Assembly (NCBI RefSeq): GCF_006345805.1
Contig: NC_043012.1
Span: 52,886,001-52,950,000, forward strand
Direction: 5' to 3'
From: Octopus sinensis
Taxonomy: Eukaryota
DNA: 64,000 nucleotides
A program made the translations under genes and the position numbers. The notes below the pieces were generated by a model. The model was not told where the DNA came from, ran no database searches, and saw only the letters and a program-made list of their open reading frames with translations. Positions within the stretch are counted from its first letter, which is position 1. Each line of letters opens with the position of its first letter. Positions 39,750 through 53,571 of this stretch are shown one piece after another.

Positions 39750-40340
39750 CTGTACAAAACTCTACAGTTCATTAATGCTTAGACAGTGAAGAATAAGTGT
39801 ATGCAGAATGGTTTTGCTGCTCTGCACATAGCTCAGACATACCTGGCTGAAAGCATTTTTAAGCCTGTTAAGTTCGTTTCAAACTGGCAATGCTCTACTG
39901 TAGCACAGCCAGGTTAGTGTTTTCTAGAATGCATCTATAGTTTCAAGGCTAGACATCCTCTGGAACAGACCAGCCAATTTATCATTGTTGATTCTCAGTT
40001 TTCTCAAGAACATCATTACTCTCCCTCACCACAAGACCTTAACAGAATGATTATATGGGAGACACACTAGGTGCATTGCCCAGCTGTGAGACCCTAGCAA
40101 AATCAAGGACATCATGTACTTGGTCAATCTTCACTTGATCAAGTACTACAGCTCTCAAAGAGAAGGGTTTAAGAGAAAATGTACCTGACAAAGCACAATC
40201 ACACCAACTCATTGACCAGGAATATTTTTCTTCATCAGTCTTGTCAGGAGATCTGCTTGCCAAAGAATAGAACCATTTCCTCAATGTGTCATAAAAGGTG
40301 ACTGTTATGAGGCTGAAAAGAGGTTGAATTAGGATATGCA
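39750..40340 (+). mobile_element. Decayed LINE (RTE-like) internal fragment
   Basis: Higher-complexity, stop-interrupted sequence resembling the endonuclease-RT linker. Weak match. Confidence 0.35.
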
Positions 40341-41439
40341 TTTCAATCTTATAAAAACCTCACCAGCAATGACTGCCTAAACAGATCCAACTAGGTTGGG
40401 TTGGAGGGTCATTGCCAGAGCAGTGAAAAGTATCCTCAGTCAGAAGTAAGGAACACCAAGAAATGGTGGAAGCATCAATGTGCTGCAATGGTACACGTGT
40501 CCACACCTGAACTGACATTGTCAGGAAGAAGGGTCAGTGGCGAAGGTGTTCACAAGTCCTCCAGGACTGGTGAGATTGATGGCATAAATGTACCTCTTAA
40601 ACTGCTTCATGTTCCTAACAGCACAAATAACATGCAGGAAATTCCAAATGGCCAATATCCATGGAAGAAAGTACTAAGTGTAAGGTTAGTATAGGGCTTG
40701 GCTGCAAGAAGACACAAAATGAGGGATAAGAGAAAAGAAGTATGAGTTCATCATTATCATCATTTCACGTCCTCCTTCCATGGCATGGGATGGATGGTTT
40801 GATAGGAGCTAGCCAGGTTGAAGACTACACTAGACTTCGGTGTCTGTTTTTGGCATGGTTTTTACAGATGGATGCCCTTCCTAACAGCAACCACCCTGCA
40901 GAGTGGACTGAGTGTTTTCCATGTGGCACCAGCACAGGTGAGATCATTTTTGGCATGTTTTTTACAGCTGGATGTGCTTCCAGATGCCAACCACTCCATA
41001 GTGTGAACGGGATGCTCCTTACATGGTACCAGCACCAGCAGGGTTACCAAGTAACTTTCAAGACAAGGAATCTTTGAGAGGGGAGGGGACATTGGAGGAG
41101 GTGATATTGTATCAGATGATAAAAGGTTAGAGTGTGACAGAGACAGAGAAGCAGAAACAGGTGTCTTGCTATGGAGGAGGTACATGATTACCCACCCAGA
41201 GAGAGAGAAAGAGGAAGAGAAAGAGGAAGAGAGAGAGAAAGAAAGAGAGCAAGAGGAAGAGAGAGAGGAGAGTTAACAAGAAAGAAAACAGAAACAGGTG
41301 TGCTGCTGTAAAGGAGATACTTAGTTACCTAGCCTGATGGAAGAGCTAGAGGAGAGAGAGAGAGAAAGAGAGACAGGGAGACAGTTAGAGAATGAGGATA
41401 GAATGAGTAAATGGAGGTGCACAAAATACAGACACCTCA

Positions 41440-41790
41440 CCTCCAAATATCAGAGGCCCTTATAGTAGAAGCAGGAAAAGGTACATCTACGAGCCAGATT
41501 TCAAAAGTGTTTGTATGTTACTCTGTGCTTATCAGTCACATGGTCTTTATCTGTATATAGTCTAAGCTATATGTGTACATAACAGATATGGGACCATAAT
41601 CCATTATGGTTCTCCTCTGAGATTTGTAGAGGCTTTGTGGTTACTGGGGCCTGAAGTATTTCTGGGGGTTTGGAAATGAAAAGCCTGTATCTAAGATGTT
41701 GTCCTGGCTGTGTTAATGATATGTCCTTAATACGAGAGCCCTTCAGTAAGGTCCAGAAGTGATCATAAAGGTTCTAGCAACATGCTGTTC
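41440..41790 (-). mobile_element. CR1/L2-like LINE RT C-terminal fragment
   Basis: Frameshifted minus-strand remnants resembling LYKSQVRPxMEYCSHIW...LDxIQxKAIRLI...LAHRR...FY. Confidence 0.6.
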
Positions 41791-42659
41791 ATGTTTAAGA
41801 AAGATAAAACATAATGACTTTTCTTTCCAATATTGGCACAAATCTAACAGTTTTAAGGGGATAGGAGAAGTGATTATATTAACCCCAGTTCTTGACTGAT
41901 ACTTTGAGAAGTGCTGTTAAGCATTTTGTCAGGCCATTGATGATTGTCAGTTCACTGCCTTATGGGGGAAGTATAATAATGTTTTCTTGATATGTGTGGT
42001 GACTGGGTTTTTCTTTTCTTTCCTTCATTCTAAATATCTGACACTCACTGATGCACAAGCTGACCGACATTGTGAGATGTATTGACTAAGCAGCAATAAT
42101 GAATGCAGTTAGATTTACTGACCAACACCATTTAATCCATTGGTCAATATTGTTATGTCTAGACACAGACAAGGAGATGTAGTAAAGGAGTTTGTTTTGA
42201 AACCAAGTGATTTTGAATCTGATCCTGGTGCGCAGTACGGCATTGAGTAAGGGTCATTTACTACAGCCTTAAAAAATTGACAAATACTTTGTGAGATAAA
42301 TTTGGGAGGTAAAAACTGCAGAATCCAACTGCATATACTCCTTTGTATGCACGTGTATCCCTGTGTACACATATGCATGTGTGTATCTATATGTGTGTGT
42401 GCACATATATGTATGTGCACGTGTGTGTGTGTGTATGTGCATGTGTCTGTGCATAGGTTTATCAGAGTAAATCAGTCTTCAGACCCTTTATGTCAAAAGG
42501 TTACTTAGCAAATCAATAATTTGAAATCATTAAAAAAAAATACTATAGACGACTGAAAAAAGTGGATAGATTTGACTGACACACACATACACAAAAAAAA
42601 AACAAAAAAAAACAGGGAAAGCAGTGCTACAGCATGGCCATAGTTCAACAACTGAAACT

Positions 42660-43020
42660 AATAAAAATGTATATACAAATCGATAGAGTAATAGATTTAC
42701 TAACTAATAGATGCTGTTAGGTATGCAGACCAATATACTGACAGATTTCCAGACCAATATAATGATATATTTTTTGGTCAATATTATTAGGTGTACAAAT
42801 CAATACACTGATAGAATTATTGATCAGCATTGATAGATATACATTACATATCAATACAGTGACAGAGTTATTGATCCGTATTTTTAGGTATACATATCAA
42901 TGCAGAGACAGAATTGCAAACAAATGCTGATAGAGTTATTGACCAACACTAGTTGATATTGTTAGATTTACTGACCAGCATTAATTGATATATTGGTCAA
43001 TAGTTATACATAAATACAGA
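42660..43020. repeat. Degenerate minisatellite (tgatagagttattgacc-like units)
   Basis: Recurrent ctga(t/c)aga..tt..tga(c/t)c motifs. A related unit occurs at about 42110-42155. Confidence 0.6.
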
Positions 43021-44072
43021 CATAGTCATTTGGTCAAGAATTTTGGTTCAGATGCACAGCTGTGTAGTTCTAAATTCCTCACTGTCCAGTGCACCAGTTT
43101 GTTCAAGTGTTTTTGACTGGAGCTTTGGTGAGATGGTTTGATGCACTGGTAATTATCTATATTAGTTGGTCACCATTTCTTCGTTATGATGATCACACTG
43201 TAGAGCATGAGAGTGTTAAAAGTGACAGTGGAAAGTTTCAAGCAGTTAACTTTAATAATACGTAAAGAATTCCAGAAACATGACTAGCTCAATGTGTAAG
43301 TACAAACAACTAGACAATAGTACGTTTCTGTCGGAAGAAGACACTGGCAGACACATGCAACGACATGCAAACGGATGTACGCACACAGACAGACCAACAA
43401 AACACAAATAAACATCTAAAATACTGCACATTTACATGCATGCATTCATGTGCTTAAAAATGAAAAAAAAAATTATAAAAAAAAGTAACAGAAACAGTGT
43501 TTCAAATGGAAAAATGTTGCACAAACCAAACACACATCCCCTCGCAGATATCTACAGATTCATAGCAACTATAGAAATCTCTTTACAAAAACCTGATGTG
43601 CGAAGACAATAGAGGCAACAATGAGACTGACTGGAAGATGGCAACACCAAAACAGACTTAGAGAATGCCACAGTCATTATGGCTGAATTCCAACATTGTG
43701 AAAACTATCTTAAAAACTAATACCAAACTGAAGCGATGGCTTCTTTTGAGAATCTTCGATAAAATGTAGACGAAGACTTTTGGAAAAGTTTCTCTCTCTA
43801 AGAATAATTCTGATGTGTGAAAGAGAGTGTGAAAGGAAAGGAATGAGTCAATGGTAATTTCACAGTCTCCTGCACATGTGAGGCAATGAAAAAGATGCAA
43901 AGAGAAAGCTGAAGAAAAGTAGTGCAGATAACACAACCAAATCTTAGAATTCGTCTTTATTACCAGCCTACCTTAAAGTAAGTCAATTCAAAGTGGTCTT
44001 TGACCCTTTAGAAAAGAGAGTGATGTAAAGCTGAACGTAAAAGATGTATAATATCCAAAGAACTAATAGTAC

Positions 44073-44107
<35 letters not shown>

Positions 44108-44772
44108 TACACACACACACACATGTATGTATATGTGTGCGTGTGTATGCATTATATATATACATATATACATATGTATGCATATATGTGTGTATGTGTG
44201 TGTATATATATATGTATGTATGTATATGTTATGTATATATGTATGTATGTATCTGTTGCAACTTCTCTACAGAACATTTCTTTAGATTTCTTGTGAAAAA
44301 CTCTGCTTTGATAAGACATATGTAATAGTGAAAAAAAAGTAAAATAAAATAAAAACGTTAGTGAAAGAAAGCAGTATTGAAACGGGAGAAAATATGGACA
44401 GATAACAAGGAACCAATAAAGAATCGAGCAGGTTTCACTTATTTTGAAGAAGATTGGCTGATTGAAAGAGGAAGAGAGAAAGTGAGAGACAGAAAGAAAG
44501 ATACAGAGAGAGAGAGTGAGAGGAGAGAAAGACATTGCATTGTTTTAACAAGAGAAAAAAAGAAGTAACCAGATAAACGAACGGAAAGAATCACTAATCA
44601 CAGAGCAATTGCAGTTACAGAAATATGTCAACTAGAGAGAAAAAAATGAATACAAAAATACAAACTTCAAATGGATCATTTAACTTAGAGCTTGATGGAA
44701 TAATCTAAAAACGTATATGTATATGGGCCGGTGAAATATTTTATTCATAATCACTCAACAGGATCGATATAC

Positions 44773-44802
44773 CTGGCCTCAACAACAACCTTCCAGACAG
44801 CA
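44773..44802 (-). CDS. Candidate 30-nt exon ((V)LSGRLLLRP)
   Basis: Acceptor atccttattttag| and donor CCAG|gtatat. Phase 1/1, compatible with the 49954 exon. The joined CEVLSGRLL resembles PDE2A CKVIGDKVL (from memory). Short, so could be chance. Confidence 0.33.
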
Positions 44803-47283
44803 CTAAAATAAGGATTACATGCTTTAAGTCCTAGATTTTATGACAGCAATAAATCATAGAACAAAAAAAATGATGTCCACAGGTTGTAAAACATGGATCA
44901 AATATCAAAGTTCAACCTTGACCAATGATTTTCAAATTGGAGAATCTTAGCTTCAAAGAAAGTAATTTCAAATCTATGGGGAGAAATTTCAGCCAGGAGG
45001 GGAACTCGAAATTGAGAAAGAATGTTCTTTGTACATCATACGTGAGTGAGTGGAATGGTGTTGCAGCAGACATGAGTTCAATCCCCACAAACGGCGTTAC
45101 AAAGGTTTTCTGTCTTTTGCATTATAGAAATATAACACCGTGGATTGAAATCTCGATGACAGGCTGCTAATATGAAGAATCTCAGCTTAAAAAGTTTAAA
45201 GCTTCAAATATGGACAGATGAAGCAGTGATGTTGTCTTGAGATAGCAGTCAGTGCAGCCACAAGGTTTGCAGCAGACATGAGGTTTGATTCCTGTAGGTG
45301 ATGCTATGTTTATCAGTCTCCCATATCATCACCATCATCATCATCAGTTACATTAATGTCCATGTTCCAAGCTGGCATCGGCTGAATGGTTTGCCAGGAT
45401 CCTATGAGTCTGAAAACAACATAATGTTCCTATGCCTGATTTGACATGATTTCTTTAGCTGGACGCCATTCCTAACACCATCCATTTCAGAGAATGTATC
45501 GGGTGCTTTTATCATGGAACCAGCACTAGTGGGGCTACCATGTAACTAGCAGGACCAAGATCCACTTCAATTAAGTAGAGACAATAGACAGGGAACTGGC
45601 TTTTTTGCTATGAGATGAGGAGTTATGTAAGGGAGAAGGTACCAGAACAGAATGTGTTTCTTGTTGCAAGGAAGCTACACAACTCCACACATTATAGAAA
45701 AGTGGGTGACAGAGGGGATGAGGGACCAGGATGGGCATCCATGAGCTTTCTTTTAATGTAAATATGGTAAGTATCAAAGTTGTGCCAGCTAATTTCCCAA
45801 CACAAGAATGAAAGACAGATAACAGTGAAATGGTTCCAGGTAGTGAGAGGGGTAAGTGATATGAGGGAAAAGCTGAAATATGCAATTCTGCTTAAATTTA
45901 ATTACAGCAGCAGAATGGTGCAGTTAGAGAGATGATGGGTGGTGGGAATGTGTTGAGGAGGAATTTGAGGTGGGGGAAGGCATGTATACATACATGAACA
46001 CACACATACACACACATGCACATATACACATACATTGCACTTCACTCAGTTGAATATACCTTAAGAATCGTTACAGATGAGTTAACTAAAAAGTGAAACA
46101 TCTTAACGTTCGCATATGTCATGACCTTTGAGCAAAACTAAGTGGATTTGTTCTTCAGTTTCCTAGTTTTTGTTTCTTTGCAAGTAGGGCAAAGGACACA
46201 TTAAATCAAATGGGAGTTTTGTTTTGGGAGGATTTTGTTATTACTCATTTTTTATTGTCACTCTTTCAATCAATACTTAAAAAGAGCTCTTTGTCTTTCT
46301 AACAATACATTTTGGCACTAAATCAAGTGTAAATTTTGTGATCCACCAAAGTAACAATTTCATATTTTCATTTGGCTGCAAATTGATAAAGAACTTTTAA
46401 TTCCATAAATTGTTTGAAAAATTCTATTGTAAAAGTAAAATATTGGTTTCAGATTTTGATGCAAAGCCAGCAATTTCAAGGTAGGAGATAAGTCGATTAC
46501 ACAAACCCCAGTGCATGACTGGTACTTATTATATCAACCCAAAAAGGATGAAAGACCTTGGCAGAACTTGAACCCAGAACATAAACCCAGAACAGGTTTC
46601 ATCAGAGAATTATTTAATCAGGGGTTGACCTGAGACTAAGCAGTAACAATGGTTGATATAAACAAAAAACACACACTAAATAAAGATATCCTTGCTGAAA
46701 AAATACAGAAAAGTCATACTAATACAGATACTCATATTCAAATAATACAGCAAGTTAACCATGAGACAATGAATGCTGAAGAGGATCCTTCTGTCTGGCC
46801 AAAGAGTTATGGGATTCTCTTGTACCATGGTAAACTGAAGTCAGTTCACTTAATGATATGATTAGTGTAGAGGAAAGGCATCCACACACCCATAGAAATT
46901 ATGTCCTAAATAGAACATGAAATATTTAAGGCAATCTTTATCTTCAATGAAATGTGGATGTTGTGTTAAAAAACAGAACACTGCTTTCATAAGAGGACCC
47001 CTCATATGGACTCATGGTATTTATAAAAGCACTGGTATTTATATTGTTGTCGGATGAAAACCATCTGCTAAGGCAGCTGGAAGAGTTGCCAGATCATGTG
47101 ATTTCACCCCATTTCAGGCTCCACTGTGACAGGCAACCAGTAGTGACACAACAACCAACTCTCAAACCAACAACAGTAGACAGAATATCAGTGTTCTGTG
47201 TTCAAACATAACATCTGTGTTGAGTTGAGGGTAAAGACTGTCTTATGGTATTAATACTGCTCCTGTCACTATTTTATATATAC

Positions 47284-47314
<31 letters not shown>

Positions 47315-47360
47315 TAAACACAAACATGAATGTATACATGTATATATATAGATGTATGTG

Positions 47361-47395
<35 letters not shown>

Positions 47396-47549
47396 CTATA
47401 TGTATCTCTTTACCTCTCTCAATAGATAGATAGATAGATAGACAAACAAATACCTAGATAGATAGACAGACAAACAGATGGCTAGATAGATAGATAGACA
47501 GACAGATAGCTAGCTAGATAGATAGACAGACAGACAGATAGCTAGCTAG

Positions 47550-47582
<33 letters not shown>

Positions 47583-47904
47583 TAGCTAGATAGATAGACA
47601 GCAAGCTAGCTAGCTAGCTAGCTAGCTAGATAGATAGATAGATAGAGAGAGATTTATAGGTGCATAAATGCATGTGTAAATCTGTATATACATTTAATGT
47701 CCGACCCATACCAACATAGAAAATGGACATATGATGATGATGATGATATGTATGCATATACATGTGTGTGTGTATGTATATATGCACACAAACACACACA
47801 ATTATCATCTATTTGTAAACACATAGGAGCCTGCCAAGCAAAGGAAAATTTCCATACATGAGAATATACACACATACCACATGCATATACATACATACAT
47901 ACAT

Positions 47905-47936
<32 letters not shown>

Positions 47937-48827
47937 TTCTTAATAACCAAACCAATGATGAGGCCTTAGCTGCAAATGAGTTTTGCAATGAAAACAAATA
48001 AATGATAAATTAGGTGATTCTCAGAAAGATACTCCGTTGGAAAGGCAAGAGATATCATGCAATAACCTTACACTTTGATTTATCACCGGGAAAAACATAT
48101 TTACTGTATATAATGAGAATGCATAGACAATTTATAGGAGATAATATATATTTTCTTTCTTACCATAGTAAAGAGAAAAGGAAATGTTCTCGAGACATTA
48201 ATTCTAAATCACATTTTTCTTCAAATATTTGCAAGCTCAGAGAAAATATAATAATAGCTAGGTCTAACCACGACAGAAAATTGTTTCCTCATCCTGATAC
48301 GCAACTGTGAACCATAATATTGTATAACATATATATAAGTACTATCACAAGTGAAGAAGAAAAATTGTAAAGGGCATTAAGGTTTTTTCTCATAAAACTA
48401 CTTAAGTTGGATGGTTAGGAATTTAGGACCAATATTTAGCTTGCTTTAGAATTCTTGATTTTTTTTTTTTGCTGTTGATTTATTTATACTTTTCTTTACT
48501 TATTTATTTTTGTTCATCCAACTGCAGTGTAACAATCCTTCAAACACTGTTAATATACTGCAAGTCGAATCTCATAACTGAACTTCTATATTCATTCTTT
48601 CACAGAATTTCCTTCATTAAGAAAAGACCATCTACATGTGTTTCATTTCAGCTTATATAAAAGCAGCAATATTTAACTCGGGCACTTGCAGAGCCTACCA
48701 TGTGTGTCTAAATAGCTATGAACATTAACCGTTGCTTGAGAAATGATAGACGTATTCAAAGAGAATCTTGACTAGGGAAAAAGAAAGGAAGTACAATAAA
48801 TGTAAAATTCCTAATCCTATTTTCTCA

Positions 48828-48889
<62 letters not shown>

Positions 48890-48904
<15 letters not shown>

Positions 48905-49038
48905 TATATATATATATACATACATACACAGATAGATAAGGTAGATAGATACATAGATGAATAGATAGTTACATACATACATACATGTGTATATAATTAT
49001 ACATATACACACATGTCCACATGCATCTCTCTCTCTCC

Positions 49039-49071
<33 letters not shown>

Positions 49072-49293
49072 CCTCTATATATATATATATATATAATATA
49101 TATATATATATATAACACACACACACACATATATATATATATACATACATACACAGATAGATAAGGTAGATAGATACATAGATGAATAGATAGTTACATA
49201 CATACATACATGTGTATATAATTATACATATACACACATGTCCACATGCATCTCTCTCTCTCCCTGTCTGTCTCTCTCTCTCTCTCTCTCTCC

Positions 49294-49325
<32 letters not shown>
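48890..49325. repeat. Near-identical tandem duplication of a ~220-bp microsatellite-rich unit
   Basis: cagatagataaggtagatagatacatagatgaatag...gtccacatgcatctctc occurs twice. Confidence 0.9.
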
Positions 49326-49346
<21 letters not shown>

Positions 49347-49953
49347 TACATACATACATACACATACATGTATACATACATACATACAAATGCATGCATG
49401 CATTATGTTACCAAGGAAGGGAAATCCTGATGTTTGTAGTTAGTAAAGAGCCTCAACAGGTAATTGGGAATTATAGGGGATTTGGGCCTAAAGAAGGTCT
49501 TGGAAAGATTAAACTTCTTATAGCATCTTTATGACATCTGATAAATTTAGCTGTGTCAAACATTTCAAATGCAATTTTACAATTTGTTTCACTCTTGCAA
49601 AAATTTGACTTTATGGAAAAAGGAAGAAAAAAGTATTAATAAAGATGTATAATAATTTATATGCAAGGATATCCAAAGGCATGGAATGTATTTCAATGCT
49701 TCCTCAAGAATAAAAAATGAAATGTTATTCTACTTTTTGAAAAAGAAATGGAAAGAAAAACAAAAAGATAAAGCAGTTTCCCATATAGTACATCTGGACA
49801 TCTGGAGAAAAATAAAGATAAGATGATCACAGCTCTACAATGCCACTGAGCATGTTTTTTCTCAATCACAATCAATACATAAATTCAAAAGTAACAATAA
49901 TTTTTTTTCCTTTTTTTGCTATTAAAATAAAAATGCCAGTGAATTTCACTCAC

Positions 49954-50045
49954 CCTCACAGACAAATGAAACTGATGAAGATGACGTTAAAAGGAACAGG
50001 TAGCAATCAGAGGCTTCAAGGTTTATTACCAGAAATTGGACACAC
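49954..50045 (-). CDS. Internal coding exon ((R)CVQFLVINLEASDCYLFLLTSSSSVSFVCE), in frame with the 51651-51727 exon
   Basis: Acceptor ...aaattcag| and donor GAGG|gtgagt. 92 nt; the only open frame is phase 2 in, matching the upstream exon. QFL..ASDCYLFLL resembles GAF helix-strand motifs recalled from PDE2A (QYLQQETRASRCCLLLV; VYTYLLDGESQLVCE). Confidence 0.6.
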
Positions 50046-50249
50046 CTGAATTTAGTGACAATATCTTTGGTGATACGTCACACATCATTTGCTAATTTTA
50101 GCACTGACTTCTTCCACCATTACCACCACCACTACCTCCTTCCCCTCTCCATCTCTCTCTCTTATCACTAGTCACTGCTTGATTTTCCAAATCTAAAAAT
50201 TTGTCTCCAGATGTAACTAGAAACTTGGTATTATGCATCAATCAATCCA

Positions 50250-50520
50250 TCTTCTCTACCCGTTCTTCGTGGGAGGATTGTTGGGGTAGAGTCCTCAGGC
50301 ATCTCCTCAGTATGGCCAGTCAGAAGCAACCATTATTTAACTTTCAGACTGGATTTCCCAAGCATAACCAACTGAGACTACAGATATTGTATGACCATCT
50401 CAATCTTGGTTCTATCCCTGGGTCTCCTGCCACTTGGCTCAGCTTGGAAAATCCATCTTGCGACTTTTTCCTGGAACATTCTAATCATATGGCCATAGAT
50501 CTGGAGCTGTGATCTTTCAA
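50250..50520 (-). mobile_element. RTE LINE 3' end fragment
   Basis: Minus frame QEKVARWIFQAEPSGRRPRDRT matches the RTE C-terminal GRRPRGRP motif region. Confidence 0.7.
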
Positions 50521-50801
50521 TGCAGAAAAGTAGTGACTTGATCTGAAGAGACTGTTCTAGAAGCTACCCAACCTGTCAAGTAACGTTACTCTGAAAATAC
50601 TTAAAAAACAACCCCATTTTGGCTGCTTATATTTGCAATCATACTCTTTCAACCATTCCCCAAAATTCATGACTATAAGCTCAAAAATAAAAAAAAAGGG
50701 CTGAGGAAAGTGAGTTTGGCATTTTTACCAATCTTTCCTCTTAAGAGGATCTAATGTTGGAGCTGGTGCATTACTGTGCCAGCATCTGCAATACTACCTA
50801 T

Positions 50802-51029
50802 TTCTTTACTACCCACAAGGGGCTAAACACAGAGGAGACAAACAAGAAGAGACAGACGGATTAAGTCGATTATATCGACCCCAGTGCGTAATTGGTACTT
50901 ATTTATCGACCCCGAAAGGATGAAAGGTAAAGTCGACCTTGGTGGAATTTGAACTCAGAACGCAGCGGCAGACGAAATACCGCTAAGCATTTCGCCCGGC
51001 GTGCTAACGTTTCTACCAGCTCGCCGCCT
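50802..51029 (-). mobile_element. SINE family 2, full length
   Basis: Reverse complement of the family sequence with CpGs largely intact, suggesting a young copy. Confidence 0.9.
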
Positions 51030-51049
51030 ACCATCTAATTCAACCTCCT

Positions 51050-51255
51050 GTTTTTATTACATGTGAATTCAATGACGAAATGGTGCTGCTCGGCTCATCA
51101 GAAGGTGATTTCCAATCTTCACTGAATATGTTCACTTCTGAGTATTGCAAAGCATGGGTGAGAATAAGTGTTGTGAAGACTGAGACAATGGTCCACTCAA
51201 GAAAGTCTTCCCAATGCATGCTGCAAGCTAGTGGAACATCACTGACAGACTTGGA
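51050..51255 (+). mobile_element. RTE (Expander-like) reverse transcriptase fragment
   Basis: MVLLGSSEGDFQSSLNMF...RISVVKTETMV matches the RTE segment after the (F/Y)ADD motif. Confidence 0.8.
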
Positions 51256-51650
51256 ATTATCACATGCTCATATTAGCTCGAACGCTCATAGATCAATTCC
51301 TGCAGGAAAAACGTGGGCAGGTAAAGAATTCCAGTAGGGTATTGTTGTAGGAAGGAAGGACTAGATACAGTGTGGGGTCGCTGAAGAAACAGGAGGGTAG
51401 AGTAAAGTTAGCTTGTTCTGCAAAAGCCAGACCAAAGGCCATAGTAGTAGTGATAAAGAGAGAGAGAAAGTGTGTCAGACAAACAGACAGACAGAGAGTG
51501 TGTGTGTATCCATCTGCCAGTGGTTATAGAGTGTTGGTGACTTAATCTATGTAGAATTGTTAAATGTCTATCTTTTGGAATATGTTGCTGTTATGCAAAA
51601 CATTACAAGCAAACTGATGAGACACAAGATGCAAAAATAGGGTAGCTTAC

Positions 51651-51727
51651 CTTTTCATCACATGACCAAACACTCGGTTAATCTCCAGGCATGTTGCATA
51701 GAGTAGATTCTGTACAAATGGTGATGC
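51651..51727 (-). CDS. Internal coding exon of a minus-strand gene (ASPFVQNLLYATCLEINRVFGHVMK); possibly a GAF-like region of a PDE2-type phosphodiesterase
   Basis: Long polypyrimidine acceptor ending ...ttttattatttccag| and donor AAAG|gtaagc. 77 nt, only one frame free of stops (phase 0 in, phase 2 out), unique sequence. Confidence 0.65.
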
Positions 51728-52149
51728 CTGGAAATAATAAAACAAAAGAAAAAAATAAAAACAAAGAAAATATAAAATTCCTTTTCTTTCTATTATCCAC
51801 AAGACTGGAATTCAATTCTGGTAACTGTATTAGACAGACAGATGGATAATGAAGCAATAAATCAGACTGTCGATAAATGGGATAGAAAGCTAGTCTATTC
51901 CTGGTAATTTCCCCAGGAAATGTTTGTCAACTTATTTCATGGTGTAGCCTGAAACAGAAGCCCATTGCCCATGAATGTTTTTGCTCCCAGGCCTTTGAAT
52001 CTTGTAAGAGGAAAAGTGGATGTTATCCTCACATTGTAGAACTGAGTGGTCTTTGCCTTCAGCTTATTCCTTACTTTGTAAGTTTGGTGAGGAGAATAGG
52101 AGTAATGCCCAAGGTGTTTGCAGGCTCATCAACTATGGACACATTGATG

Positions 52150-52370
52150 ACCAATTAATAGCTTAAACAACTACATATCAATATATGCAGTTTATATGTA
52201 GATGCAGAGTGAAATGAAGATCTTGTCTGAATGCCTGGAACAAACTGAAGTCTGCCAAAGGACCAGTTGACAGCAGTGTCAGAAAGATGATGAAATAAAC
52301 CAGCTAAATTAAGGAAGAGATGTAGAATCTTGGATCCGAAACACCTGTAATAGATATGCAATAATAACCC
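52150..52370 (+). mobile_element. Decayed RTE RT C-terminal fragment
   Basis: gatcttgtctgaatgcctgga...ctgccaaag resembles the HLVRMP..LPK region, with multiple stops. Confidence 0.5.
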
Positions 52371-52875
52371 ACCAGGCAGCAATCAAACAATTTATATGTT
52401 GTCTACACTACTAAGTGTGTGTGTGTGTATGTTAATGTGTAGTATATTGGTAAGATAAAAAAGTGCCCCATCAAGCAAAGATACCTTACACTTAATAAAC
52501 ACAAGATATAAGTGTAAGCTACTAGTACAGTATTTGGACAGATTTTTATAGCACACTGCATATTATCCAAACATGAAACTTACAGTAGTTCCCATTTAAA
52601 TCTTGTGACTATGAAATAATGTGTTTGCATGTGTGTGTGTATGTGTGTGTGTGCATGTGTGTGTGTGTATACAATTCAGTTAGAGATTACATTAGCCTCA
52701 TGAAGGGATGGTGTCATCCAAGGAAATTCTGGTTCAATACCAAATATTTAGGGGGGAATATAGTTCCTTAAAATAATAGGTTTGTATATAAACCATAGTT
52801 TATATTCATGCAAAGGAAAAAGAAGAAAATGGAGATTTTGAATAATAAGAATTAATTATCAGCAACAAATCTATC

Positions 52876-52912
<37 letters not shown>

Positions 52913-52915
<3 letters not shown>

Positions 52916-53320
52916 CGCAGGAGCGGCTGTGTGTTAAGTAACTTGCTTACCAAACACATGGTTCCGGGTTCCGTCCCACTGCATGGCACCTTGGGCAAGT
53001 GTTTTCAATTATAGCCTTGGGCAAACCAAAGCCTTGTGAGTGGGTTTGGTAGACAGAAACTGGAAGAAGCCCGTTATGTATATGTATATATATGTGTGTG
53101 TGTGTGTGTTTGTGTGTCTGTGTTTGTCCCTCCAGCATCACTTGACAACTGATGCTGGTGTGTTTACGTCCCCGTAACTTAGCAGTTTGGCAAAAGAGAC
53201 CGATACAATAAGTACTAGGCTTACAAAAAAATAAGTCCTGAGGTTGATTTGCTCAACTAATGACGGTGCTCCAGCATGGCCACAGTCAAATGACTGAAAT
53301 AACTAAAAGTGTAAAAAAGT
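52913..53320 (+). mobile_element. SINE family 1, full length
   Basis: Same architecture as 814-1240. Confidence 0.9.
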
Positions 53321-53324
53321 ATAT

Positions 53325-53526
53325 ATACATGATTGTTTTAAATTTTGGCACGAGGCCAGCAATTTTAAGGGGAGGGGGACAGCCATTTGCATCAGCCTTA
53401 GCACTTCATTTGTACTTTATTTTATTGACCCCCTCCCAAAAGGATGAAAGGTAAAGTCGAAGTCTGTGGAATTTGAACTCAGCTCAAAATGAGTTAGAAG
53501 GAGCAGTGGTGTCAGCTCGCCACCTC

Positions 53527-53571
<45 letters not shown>

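Noticed and set aside
41441-41486. Exon-like DVPFPASTIRASDIW with a gtgagg donor that resembled PDE2A EVSFPL
   Set aside because: It lies inside a CR1/L2-like RT remnant (41440-41790), so the resemblance is probably chance.
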